This document shows, one piece after another, positions 28,601 through 41,200 of a DNA stretch of 64,000 bases (position 1 is its first letter; the number at the start of each line of letters is the position of its first letter). The position numbers and the translations under genes are program-made. The notes below the pieces were generated by a model that worked only from the letters and a program-made list of their open reading frames with translations, was not told the origin of the DNA and did not search any database. This stretch comes from Flectonema sp. DT1601. Taxonomy: Eukaryota. The stretch is taken from assembly GCA_964019425.1 (NCBI GenBank), contig OZ025803.1, positions 372,001 through 436,000 on the forward strand, in the 5' to 3' direction.

Positions 28601-28620
28601 AGAACAAATTGAATTGTTCT
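28601..28620 (-). promoter_or_regulatory. Conserved 3'-UTR stem-loop of the CAP-EGF family (also 8269-8286, 15720-15739, 22339-22360, 28271-28290, 38094-38113, 54234-54253)
   Basis: mRNA-sense AGA(A/G)CAA-UU(C/U)A(A/G)U-UUGUUCU lies about 65-95 nt after each stop. The A/G change keeps pairing as G-U. Confidence 0.55.
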
Positions 28621-28712
28621 CAGTGATTTGTTTATTCACAAGTCTTTTGCAAAGCAAATTAAAATAAATGATTCTCAGTACGTGTATTTCAGAATTTCAT
28701 GGGTCAGGTTTC

Positions 28713-31700
28713 TTATAGTGCAACAAATTCAGTTTGATTTAACTCTTGACTCATTGAATAATTTATACGTTCTTCTGTGCTAAGTTCTGTTCCAAAGTCC
28801 TGAAAGGAAACACCGTTTCTATTCTTCCTCGCTACGAACAAGCCTGCGGCAACACCACCGACACACAGTAATGCAGCAATCCCAACCAGCAGCCACACCC
28901 ACCAGTTGCTGCTGCTGCTGTCTTTTTTACTTTCATTACCGCCTGCTCCATTCTGTTGGTATTTCATTTCAACGATATCAAAGAAGTCAAGGATAAGGTT
29001 ACGTTAATTAATTGATCTAACTTGTTAAAATAATAACATACCAGACTACTGTTCCCTGAATCTGATGGCACTACTGTACTTTGAACTGCATTAGTGTTTC
29101 CCTTATCCTGTTATATTTATTCCTTAATACCTCTACTTCGATACACAAATCTTCACACACATTTGCAGTCAAAATGATTAACAAATTTCAACAAAATGCT
29201 AAAGTGACAACAAATCAGAAGTGGATCCAAGAAGCTCAACATGGAATCAGTAAATCTGAGTACTATAGAGTTAGAGACATTCATATCTCGTGTTAGATGA
29301 AAGTCAGGCAAATAAAGGAAATCATCAAACAAGAGCAAGCGGGTCTAGGAAAACAAACCCCCGTCAAATGGAAAATCTGTTCACACTTAAGCATGTTTCT
29401 ACAACACACTCAAAGCATCCCCAATGCATTCAATATACTAAACAAGAATGGATACATACCGAAGTCGTGCACTCAGCAACGCCACCAACTTTCTCGCCTT
29501 CGAACATCATTCCATTCACTTCTTTGCATCTGCAAACGAAGTCGTACTTAGCTCCCGGAGCAGTGTCTGGATCAGTACAGGTCTGGGTATCAACAGGACA
29601 AGGTGGTACTCCTGCTGGAGGATTACATTCATCGAACTGACAGCTCATCACTGGACTTCCGACATTCTCAACTTGGTCAGCTTCACAGGTACAAATAAAG
29701 TCACCAACCACGTTTACATCAGGGTCATTGCATACTTGATGTGCACCACAAGGATCGGCTGCGCACTCTCCTGTCTTCTCACAATTGGCAGCACCTCCGA
29801 TCTTGAACACCCCATTTGCACAGGTGCAGGTGAAGTCATCCAAGCTGTTCGCCTGCGGGTTAGGGTCGTTGCATGTTTCCACCACACTCGGATGCCCGCT
29901 CCACGCACACGGGTTCTTCGAACTGCCCTGCTTACACTCGTCACATTCAGCCACAGCTGCACCGATGTTGTGCGTCAACCCGAACGGACACCGGCACTCG
30001 AAGCTACCATTTGCCACCCGATCGAAGTCGGTGCATATCTGACCTTCGCTACACGGGTTGGCAAGGCATTCATCAACTCCACAATTAGCCTTCGCTCCAG
30101 TCGCGGTGGGGCCGTTGTTCGCACAAGAACAGACGTAGTCGTTGAGGGAACTGACAGACTGATTCGGATCCATACACTCCTGTTCTTCACACGGCTTGGA
30201 ATCACATTCATTCTTCCCACACCTCGCAGGGCCATCGGTCCGATTCATTGAAGGGTCAGCCCTACACGAACAAATGAAGTCATGGAGGACATCTGCGTTG
30301 GTGTTTGGGTCAACGCAGTCTTGATCGCTACCACAAGGCTGAGATTCGCACTCGTCATCGATGCACTTCGACACAGCACCTCCAGTTGACATCACTCCAT
30401 TGGGACAGGTGCAAGTGTAGTCTCCAATCGACGCAACAGTTTGCAAAGGATCATTGCATACTTGGTTCTGACTGGCATCACAAGGGCTGGCATCACACTC
30501 GTTCTTCGAACAAGTCGCTGGTCCGTCAGTCTTTGAGATCGACGAGTCAGATTTACAAGTACAGGTGAAGTCGTGGAGCACGTTGGCTGCAATGTCAGGA
30601 TCGTTGCAGTCCTGTTCCGTAATTGATCCGCAAGGACTGGAATCACACTCATTCACTTCACACGCAGCCACAGGTCCTCCAGTAGTCACTACCCCATTAC
30701 CACAAGTGCAGGTGAAATCAGTGAGGGATCCAGGTGTCGGGTTCGGATCATTGCATACTTGGTTCTGACTGGCATCACAAGGGCTGGCATCACACTCGTT
30801 CTTCGAACAAGTCGCTGGTCCGTCAGTCTTTGAGATTGACGAGTTGGACTTGCATGTACAGGTGAAGTCGTGGAGCACGTTGGCTGCAATGTCAGGATCG
30901 TTGCAGTCCTGTTCCGTACTCGACCCGCAAGGACTAGAATCACACTCATTCACATCACACGCAGCCACAGGTCCTCCAGTAGTCACTACCCCGTTACCAC
31001 AAGTGCAGGTGAAATCAGTGAGGGATCCAGGTGTCGGGTTCGGATCATTGCATACTTGGTTCTGACTGGCATCACAAGGACTGGCATCGCACTCGTTCTT
31101 CGAACAAGTCGCTGGTCCGTCAGTCTTTGAGATTGACGAGTCGGACTTGCATGTACAGGTGAAGTCGTGGAGCACGTTGGCTGCAATGTCAGGATCGTTG
31201 CAGTCCTGTTCTGTACTCGACCCGCAAGGATTTGAATCACACTCATTCACTTCACACGCAGCCACAGGTCCTCCAGTAGTCACCACTCCATTACCACAAG
31301 TGCAGGTGAAATCAGTGAGGGATCCAGGTGTCGGGTTCGGATCATTGCATACTTGGTTCTGACTGGCATCACAAGGGCTGGCATCACACTCGTTCTTCGA
31401 ACAAGTGGCCGGACCATCAACTTGCGTGATTGTTGTGCTGGATTTGCAGGTACACACAAAGTCGTGCTGGCTGCCAGATGCCGTGTTGGGATCATTACAA
31501 TCTTGGTCCATGTTGGTACCGCAGGGGTTCGTCAGAACAACACACTCGTCGATGTCACACGTTGCCGGAGCACCAGTGGCAGTCGCGCCGTTCGTACAAG
31601 AGCAAACATAATCCAACAAAGAAAGGGGTGTCTTCACCGGGTCATTACACATCTGACCAGGTCCGCAAGGGGAGGCGAGACACTCATCCTGCACACAAAC

Positions 31701-34700
31701 AGCTGGTCCTCCCATCAGATCTCCAACATTCGGTGATCTGCATGTGCAAGTGAAGTCTCCAGCAGAACTCACATCTTCATTAGCATCAGTACAATCCTGA
31801 CCACTTCCACAAGGTGAGGCGTCACACTCGTTGAGAATGCAAGTAGCCAGACCTCCAACTTTGCTTCCCACCCCAACCTGACAGGTGCAAATGAAATCCA
31901 TCTGACCCGCTGCAGTGCTGTCGGGATCGTTGCAAGTCTGACTTGTACCACAAGGATTGGCGGTGCACTCATCCATGTTACCCATCGAGCAGGTAGCAGG
32001 TCTTCCCGTCTCCATCACATTTTGGTTAGGAGCAAGGCAAGTACACGTGAAGTCTCCAGTCGATGCAGCAGACTGATTTGGATCATCGCATGTCTGACTG
32101 CCACACGGAGACGTTGCGCACTCGTCCTCAACACACGCAGCAACTGGTCCATCAACCATCTTCAAGTTTATGTCGTTGTCACAAATACATTCGAAGTCGT
32201 GCAGTGAGTTGGCAGCTTGATTCCCATCATTACAAGACTGCCCGCTTCCACAGTTGAATGTTGTGCATTCATCAGTCTCACAAGTTGCGAGTCCTCCAGT
32301 GGCTGTAATGCCGTTGGCACACGCACATGTGAAGTCGTTCAACGCAGAGAGCGAAGTGTCCGGATCTACACAGGTCTGCGTTCCGCAAGGCATCGCATCA
32401 CACTCATTCTTAGTACAAGTCGCAGGACCATCGACCCTTGTGAGAGACGTGTCTGACTTGCAAGTACAGACGAAGTCATGCAGATTGTTCGAAGCTGTAT
32501 TAGGATCGTTGCAATCTTGTTCATTAGTTGATCCACAAGGATTGGCATCACACTCGTTGGTGATGCAGGTCGTCACAGCACCTCCGGTTGCAACGACTCC
32601 ATTAGGGCAAGTGCAAGTGTAATCACCAATGGAGCCGAATGTCGGGCTTGGGTCATTGCAGGTCTGGCTCTGGGAAGCATCACATGGGTTGGCGTCACAC
32701 TCGTTCTTAGTGCAAGTAGCAGGACCGTCAACCTTCGTAAGAGTCGTGTCTGACTTGCAAGTACAGACGAAGTCATGAAGATTGTTCGAAGCAGTGTTGG
32801 GATCGTTGCAGTCTTGTTCACTAGTTGATCCACAAGGATTGGCATCACACTCGTTGTTGATGCAGGTCATCACAGCACCTCCGGTTGCAACGACTCCATT
32901 AGGGCAAGTGCAAGTGTAGTCACCAAGGGAGCCCAAAGTTGGGCTTGGGTCATTGCAAGTCTGGCTCTGGGAAACATCACATGGGTTGGCGTCACACTCG
33001 TTCTTAGTGCAAGTCGCAGGACCGTCAACCTTCGTAAGAGTCGTGTCTGACTTGCAAGTACAGACGAAGTCATGAAGATTGTTCGAAGCAGTGTTGGGAT
33101 CGTTGCAGTTCTGTTCACTAGTTGATCCACAAGGATTGGCATCACACTCGTTGTTGATGCAGGTCGTCACAGAACCTCCGGTAGCAACGACTCCATTAGG
33201 ACAAGTGCAAGTGTAGTCACCAATGGAGCCCAATGTTGGGCTTGGGTCATTGCAAGTTTGGGACTGGGAACCATCACATGGGTTGGCGTCACACTCGTTC
33301 TTAGCGCAAGTTGCTGGACCATCAACCTTTGTAAGAGTCGTGTCTGACTTGCAAGTACATACAAAGTCATGCAGACTGTTCGAAGCTGTGTTAGGATCGT
33401 TGCAGTCCTGTTCAAGACTTTTTTTCTTTTTTTTTTTCCCTGCACAAGGATTGGCATCACACTCGTTGGTGATGCAGGTCGTCACAGCACCTCCGGTAGC
33501 AACGACTCCATTAGGGCAAGTACAAGTATAGTCACCAAGGGAGGACAACGTTGGACTTGGGTCATTGCAAGTCTGGCTCTGGGAAGCATCACAAGGGTTA
33601 GCGTTACATTCATTCTTTGAACAGATCGCTGGACCATCAACTTGAGTGACTGAGGTATCTGACATACAAGTACAAATGAAGTCGTGAAGGGAATTAGCAG
33701 CTTCATTTGGATCGTTGCACGTTTGATCAGCACCACACGGATTAGCATCGCACTCTCTAGTTTCACATGTAGCCTGACCACCAGTTGATACAATTGAAGG
33801 GTACATATCACAAGTACAGGTATAGTCATTACTCGAAGTAGTATCAGGATCGTTACATGTCTGTCCAGTTCCACAAGGGCTGTTGTCACACTCGTTTGTT
33901 CCTGATGGAGGTGTTGAACATCCACTTGCAGTCTCACCGTATCTTCCGACATTGTCGTCGTAGCCGCCACCAATACCCGGAGGACCGTAGTTACCAGGGC
34001 TCTCATAGTTGCAAATCAGGAATACTGACAGTGATTTAGAGCTGCTTTTGTGACACAATCCGCATCCAATCTTCGTAGTCGTCTTCCAGACAACCTGAGT
34101 GAAATGACCAGTTTTTCCACTCGAAGTAGCAGTGCTGTAGTCCCAACATCCTTCTTCACTGCAGTATAATAAGCGAATGCCTTCTGCTGGATCCCAGTTG
34201 TGTACGTCATCCTTGCCTCCTACCTGTACTAGGTTCTCACCGAGTCTGCCACCCGAGTAAGTAGGTGGGTTGTTGTGTTCAAGCTTCAGGTTGTTGCATG
34301 TTTTCTTGAAACCTTTACTGCCAACAGAGTATTCAGCAATAGCAGTATCGTAAGTAACAGGACAGGCACCGTGTTTTGCACGAAACTCGTTGTGCTTCGC
34401 TACAACGCTGTCAATCTGCCACTGCGCGAGTTCGGAGAAGCAAGCAGACGTACGGCCAGTACATTTTCCGGTCTTTGGTGCTGGGGCTGGTGGTGCACCA
34501 GGGGGACACGTGCATGGACATTTCCCTCTGCAGTTGTTAAACGTAACCGCCGTCGCACATCCAAGTTGCTTGGCGATCAAGCTGCATGCTAAACCACCGT
34601 CACATGAATCTTGGCAAGCTGCGACACAAACATCTTGCATGGATCCGCAATTTTGTGCGCTGACAAAATTCGTAAATAGCAACGTTCCAATGAGGACGGA

Positions 34701-34718
34701 GAGCTGTAAGCACCTCAT
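28713..34718 (-). CDS. CAP + EGF-like repeat membrane protein, copy 4 (about 1854 aa)
   Basis: MRCLQLSVLIG-type signal peptide. Exons 34718-29460, 29107-29042 and 28952-28713. Contains an in-frame K6 insertion at about 33419-33440. Confidence 0.88.
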
Positions 34719-34830
34719 AGTTTGTTGTTTAACTGTTTATTATACAGAATAGTAATAATCTCTTATAAAAAACGTCGCTTAAGGTAAGGTTGTGCTACCC
34801 GCGAGGTAGAGGTACAGTTTGTGCATTTTC
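34719..34830 (-). promoter_or_regulatory. Conserved 5' flank of MRC-type copies with candidate splice acceptor (AATAAACAG|TTAAACAACAAACT-ATG); also 52157-52268 and 55924-56035
   Basis: A near-identical ~110-bp block sits upstream of copies 4, 5 and 6, with an AG 14 nt before the ATG. Confidence 0.45.
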
Positions 34831-35768
34831 TTTAGTAAAATCTTCTTCACAACGTGTAACAGAACAATATTAAAAACTCAACTCCAACTGTTAGCAAGTA
34901 AGAAATATGAATACTCTTTTGAATGTATCATATCCACAAAGCGATGCGCGTGAAGGTACTGCTGTGAGAAGAATAATTATGTCATTTAGCTTATATTGAC
35001 ATCATCTTTAGATTTTCCTTTCTTTGTTTCCTGAGCTTCGGGAGTTAGAGATTAGAATATTACTAATAGTGAAACAAGTACTTCTCAATGCTATTCCTCT
35101 CAATAGCAACAAAATTTATTTATTTTTGAAATCAGCACTTTCGAAATTAACACTTGTACATGGTAAGCTTACGGGATATCAGTCATTTGATACCACACAA
35201 CCGTAAAGAATCCCTCAGGCGTGAAGGGACGTTGTGACCATCGGTATTCGTATTAAGACACACTTGGCATAAGAGCAAGTGTTAAGGATGGTTGATAACA
35301 GCTATTTTCGCCAAGAGAGGAAACGCAAATCTTTTAAAGTGAGAGAGAGAAAAGAGGGGGGGATTAACTGTTCGATTTTGTAGGTTGGTAACAATAATTA
35401 TCAGTCGTTCGATTTTATAGTTTGGAATAATTATTATCAGTCAATCAAAAAAAAAAAAAAAAAAAAAAAAAAAAAGCAAAATTTCGTAGGACAACAAACA
35501 AGTTGGTTTCGGGCTAAATATATCCAATGTTACTGTATACTCTGTAACAGAGGACCCAATCCGTAGCCATATCCGAAGTAGGATGGATTGTTGAATTAGC
35601 ATCGACTGAACGATTAATCAAATCTCCGCCTAGCTTGTTAAACTATCGAAATAAAGAAAAAAAAAAAAAAATTAATAAAATTCAAATAGGATAAAAAACA
35701 AAACACACTGATAATACTAAAGCACTCGTAGAGCATTAAATATTAACGCGAGGTTGGCAGCAGCCCCA

Positions 35769-36291
35769 TTTTTTTTTTTTTTTTTTTTCTTTTGAATCGA
35801 ACCACACTGGATCCGACTAAATCTAGAAGACCTAACCTTCTCCAGAAATGAATTAGAAGTTGGTATTTATCCGAATTCAAGAAACAGTGTAACTCCAAGT
35901 CCCACGAGAGGTCGTAGACCTTGTCTATGTTATCAGTTACATTATAAACGTCTGAGATCAGATTTCTGACTACCTCCTTGCACTTTGCTTCAAGTGTAGA
36001 CAGTGGAATGAACGGACAAATATTTAACAAGGCGTTGTCGAAGGACCGCTCGACGTAACGGGAAACTGTCATGTAGAGGTCATTCAAGAGCGACATGAGA
36101 CAACAGATTTTCAGTAGCGAATTACTTGTGTAGATGTTGACCCATATCCTCATCCTGATCATTAAAAACCATCTGTGGGAAATGAATCTGAACAAAGATC
36201 TTAGTCTCTGGACATTTCGATAGTAAATAGTGACAATACGTATCTCTTTTATTACAAAAGAGGCAGTTAGATAAACTCTTTCTTGGTTGCT
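35769..36291 (-). mobile_element. LINE-like 3' remnant with CCHC knuckle and poly(A) tail
   Basis: CLFCNKRDTYCHYLLSKC (C-x2-C-x7-H-x5-C) resembles the C-terminal zinc knuckle of non-LTR ORF2. It is frameshifted into ORF 35743-36195 and ends in A20 (T-run 35769-35788). Absent from the homologous spacer at about 52600. No clear TSD. Confidence 0.6.
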
Positions 36292-38205
36292 TCATAAACA
36301 ACATTTGTTATAGATACAGTGACTAAAGGAAATGTTACTGTAGGCATACACTGAGAGGGGGGGATAACTCGATACTAATATTAAATGGAAAGCAACTTGA
36401 AACTGGCTAAAACGAAAATCAGCCAAACCTGGTTGCAATATAAACAAAATCAACATTTGGTATCGATAAAAATCCCATATGTGCTGTCGAACATGGGGAT
36501 TCGGGGGCCACGCACTACAGGTTGAGGGGGGAGAGAGAGAGAGAAAAAGAATGTCGGAAAAGATCAAAAAGGTAGAATTCATAATATCATAGGTATTGTT
36601 ATGATGTGATGCAGATTTTCGTGAATTTTATCATGTTCACGTTAGGTAGATGCAGGGCAGTAAATGATTCAATCAAAGACTTGTCTTCAACCGGAAGAAT
36701 CAATTCCAGCGCGTAACAGAACTCAAAAGAAACTTCAGATATTAATTATAAGTCATGGCACGGATTTATATTTTTATATAAATATTTGAGATTTTCGCTG
36801 TGGAGGGAGGTTCCAATAATTCCATTTTCGCTACTAAGTAAAAGATTTCTTTTTTTTTTTTCCCCTTCCCCCGCGAATTGTGTGAAGTTACTTTGAAGTG
36901 ACAATCAGTCACAGATCAGACAGTACCACGTGTATATCTGTGAAGATATCTCCTCACTAACACACACAGTACTGTCTGAAGAGTTTCTGTGTTGATATAT
37001 TACATAATCAGATCTGTGGAATTCAATCACAATCAGTACGCTGTCACTTTCAACAGGTCACTTCTAGTTAACTTCTGAGGGGAAAAAAACAAACTGCAAC
37101 TCAAAGTAAACGGCGCAAAAAGAATTGGCTTTATCAGAAAATAGTTATAACACAGTGAAACCGTGAGCCGACTTAAACTGCTGAAGCTAAAGGAGGTTTA
37201 CGTGTGCTGCCAACATTCTTTTTCGTTCTTACAATACTTGTTAAATGCAAAAAAAAAAAAAAAAAAAAATAACAACTTCTACTGAACAGCGAAAAGAAAT
37301 TTGCAACTTCTAGCGAACGGCGAAAAAAAAAAGTTTCAACTTCTGGTGAACGTTAAAAAAAAAAAAAAAAAAATCTCTCAAGCGAACAGCGAAAAAGAAT
37401 AATCACTCCCAGTGAACAGCAAAAAGGAAATCATCGTATATTAACATTATCAGGCACCCCCCCCCCCAATAGCGGAAATCTCTAATTATTTATATACAAC
37501 ACAAAAAAACCATCGAAGAGTATGATCGTGAATACTATCACATTCAGTCTACTAGAAGCTTCGATGCCGCCGCAAGTCTTTCATATCAATTAATTCATTA
37601 TCTCTTTAGGGATTCCGCTTTTTTTTTTTTTTTTTTTTTTTTTTTTGTTCCTTTTAACGACCTAATCCTTAAGTAAAAAAACAAACGGGAAAGGAAAGAA
37701 GGGGGACTTGGATAAATAAATCAAGGTTAACACGCGAGGGTGGGGGGGGGTGAAAAGATTTTCTTTTTTTTATCATACTTATTACATAACGAAAAATTAA
37801 AAAAAAAAATAGGTTTACTGCTTGAACCATACCTATATATAGAATGATATAAATATGGGGGAATAAATAATTACGTTGGTAATATTTATCATTATGAAAA
37901 AACAAAAAAACAAAACAAAAACCCCTGAACCGCACTTTATGAGACGCAGGGTCTATAACGACAGTGTGTATAATAAAATACATATTTAGGGAAGCAAAAA
38001 AAACATTACATAATTTCGCACTCAAAAACAACAGTTATAAGAATGCAAACTTACGTTACGGATTCATCACTAATTTGCGAACATTACTGTCGCAGAACAA
38101 ATTGAATTGTTCTCAGTGATTTGTTGATTTCACAGGTCTTCTGCAAAACAAATAAAATAAATGATTCTTGGTACGTGTACTTCAGCATTACATGGGTCAG
38201 GTTAC
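36292..38205. repeat. Duplicated intergenic spacer, homologous to about 52606-54344 (parts also to 27575-28250)
   Basis: Long colinear shared blocks, e.g. gaatgtcggaaaagatcaaaaaggtagaattcataatatcatagg and ccatcgaagagtatgatcgtgaatactatcacatt. Includes a degenerate ~30-bp minisatellite (caacttctagtgaacggcgaaaa) at about 37270-37430 and 53370-53550. Confidence 0.85.
36855..37089. repeat. Nested inverted-repeat (fold-back/MITE-like) element; partial second copy at about 52997-53178
   Basis: Paired arms: tttttttcccct/aggggaaaaaaa, gaagtta..gaagtgac/gtcacttc..taacttc, cacagatc/gatctgtg, tcagacagtac/gtactgtctga. Confidence 0.55.
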
Positions 38206-41200
38206 TCACACTGTAACTATCGGATTTAACTCGTGGCTTATTGAATAATTAGTCCTTTGGTCTGGGTAAAGCTCTGCTGCAAATTCCGACAAGGAAACAC
38301 TGTCCTTCTTCTTCCTCGCTACGAACAAGCCTGCGGCAACACCGACACACAGTAATGCAGCAATCCCAATCAGCAGCCACACCCACCAGTTGCTGCTGCT
38401 GTCTTTTTTACTTTCATTACCGCCTGCTCCACTCTGTTGGTATTTCATTTCAACGATATCAAAGAAGTCAAGGATAAGGTTACGTTAATTAATTGATCTA
38501 ACTTGTTAAAATAATAACATACCAGACTACTGTTCCCTGAATCTGATGGCACTACTGTACTTTGAACTGCATTAGTGTTTCCCTTATCCTGTTATATTTA
38601 TTCCTTAATACCTCTACTTCGATACTGAAATCTTCACACACACATTTGCAGTCAGAATGATTAACAAATTTCAACAAAATGCTAAAGTGACAACAAATCA
38701 GAAGTGGATCCAAGAAGCTCAACATGGAATCAGTAAATCTGAGTACTATAGAGTTAGAGACATTCATATCTCGTGTTAGATGAAAGTCAGGCAAATAAAG
38801 GAAATCATCAAACAAGAGTCCCAAACATTACTCTCTCACAGTAACACTGATAAGGTCAGTATTACTCTCTCACAGTAACACTGATAAGGTCAGTATTACT
38901 CTCTCACGGTAACACTGATAAGGTCAGTATTACTCTCTCACAGTAACACTGATAAGGTCAGTATTACTCTCTCACAGTAACACTGATAAGGTCAGTATTA
39001 CTCTCTCACAGCAACACTGATAAGGTCAGTATTACTCTCTCACAGCAACACTGATAAGGTCAGTATTACTCTCTCACAGTAACACTGATAAGGTCAGTAT
39101 TACTCTCTCACAGTAACACTGATAAGGTCAGTATTACTCTCTCACAGTAACACTGATAAGGTCAGTATTACTCTCTCACAGTAACACTGATAAGGTCAGT
39201 ATTACTCTCTCACAGTAACACTGATAAGGTCAGTATTACTCTCTCACAGCAACACTGATAAGGTCAGTATTACTCTCTCACAGTAACACTGATAAGGTCA
39301 GTATTACTCTCTCACAGTAACACTGATAAGGTCAGTATTACTCTCTCACAGTAACACTGATAAGGTCAGTATTACTCTCTCACAGTAACACTGATAAGGT
39401 CAGTATTACTCTCTCACAGTAACACTGATAAGGTCAGTATTACTCTCTCACAGTAACACTGATAAGGTCAGTATTACTCTCTCACAGTAACACTGATAAG
39501 GTCAGTATTACTCTCTCACAGCAACACTGATAAGGTCAGTATTACTCTCTCACAGTAACACTGATAAGGTCAGTATTACTCTCTCACAGCAACACTGATA
39601 AGGTCAGTATTACTCTCTCACAGTAACACTGATAAGGTCAGTATTACTCTCTCACAGTAACACTGATAAGGTCAGTATTACTCTCTCACAGTAACACTGA
39701 TAAGGTCAGTATTACTCTCTCACAGCAACACTGATAAGGTCAGTATTACTCTCTCACAGCAACACTGATAAGGTCAGTATTACTCTCTCACAGTAACACT
39801 GATAAGGTCAGTATTACTCTCTCACAGTAACACTGATAAGGTCAGTATTACTCTCTCACAGTAACACTGATAAGGTCAGTATTACTCTCTCACAGCAACA
39901 CTGATAAGGTCAGTATTACTCTCTCACAGTAACACTGATAAGGTCAGTATTACTCTCTCACAGTAACACTGATAAGGTCAGTATTACTCTCTCACAGTAA
40001 CACTGATAAGGTCAGTATTACTCTCTCACAGCAACACTGATAAGGTCAGTATTACTCTCTCACAGTAACACTGATAAGGTCAGTATTACTCTCTCACAGT
40101 AACACTGATAAGGTCAGTATTACTCTCTCACAGTAACACTGATAAGGTCAGTATTACTCTCTCACAGTAACACTGATAAGGTCAGTATTACTCTCTCACA
40201 GTAACACTGATAAGGTCAGTATTACTCTCTCACAGCAACACTGATAAGGTCAGTATTACTCTCTCACAGTAACACTGATAAGGTCAGTATTACTCTCTCA
40301 CAGCAACACTGATAAGGTCAGTATTACTCTCTCACAGCAACACTGATAAGGTCAGTATTACTCTCTCACAGTAACACTGATAAGGTCAGTATTACTCTCT
40401 CACAGTAACACTGATAAGGTCAGTATTACTCTCTCACAGTAACACTGATAAGGTCAGTATTACTCTCTCACAGCAACACTGATAAGGTCAGTATTACTCT
40501 CTCACAGTAACACTGATAAGGTCAGTATTACTCTCTCACAGTAACACTGATAAGGTCAGTATTACTCTCTCACAGTAACACTGATAAGGTCAGTATTACT
40601 CTCTCACAGCAACACTGATAAGGTCAGTATTACTCTCTCACAGTAACACTGATAAGGTCAGTATTACTCTCTCACAGTAACACTGATAAGGTCAGTATTA
40701 CTCTCTCACAGTAACACTGATAAGGTCAGTATTACTCTCTCACAGTAACACTGATAAGGTCAGTATTACTCTCTCACAGTAACACTGATAAGGTCAGTAT
40801 TACTCTCTCACAGCAACACTGATAAGGTCAGTATTACTCTCTCACAGTAACACTGATAAGGTCAGTATTACTCTCTCACAGCAACACTGATAAGGTCAGT
40901 ATTACTCTCTCACAGTAACACTGATAAGGTCAGTATTACTCTCTCACAGTAACACTGATAAGGTCAGTATTACTCTCTCACAGTAACACTGATAAGGTCA
41001 GTATTACTCTCTCACAGCAACACTGATAAGGTCAGTATTACTCTCTCACAGTAACACTGATAAGGTCAGTATTACTCTCTCACAGTAACACTGATAAGGT
41101 CAGTATTACTCTCTCACAGTAACACTGATAAGGTCAGTATTACTCTCTCACAGTAACACTGATAAGGTCAGTATTACTCTCTCACAGTAACACTGATAAG

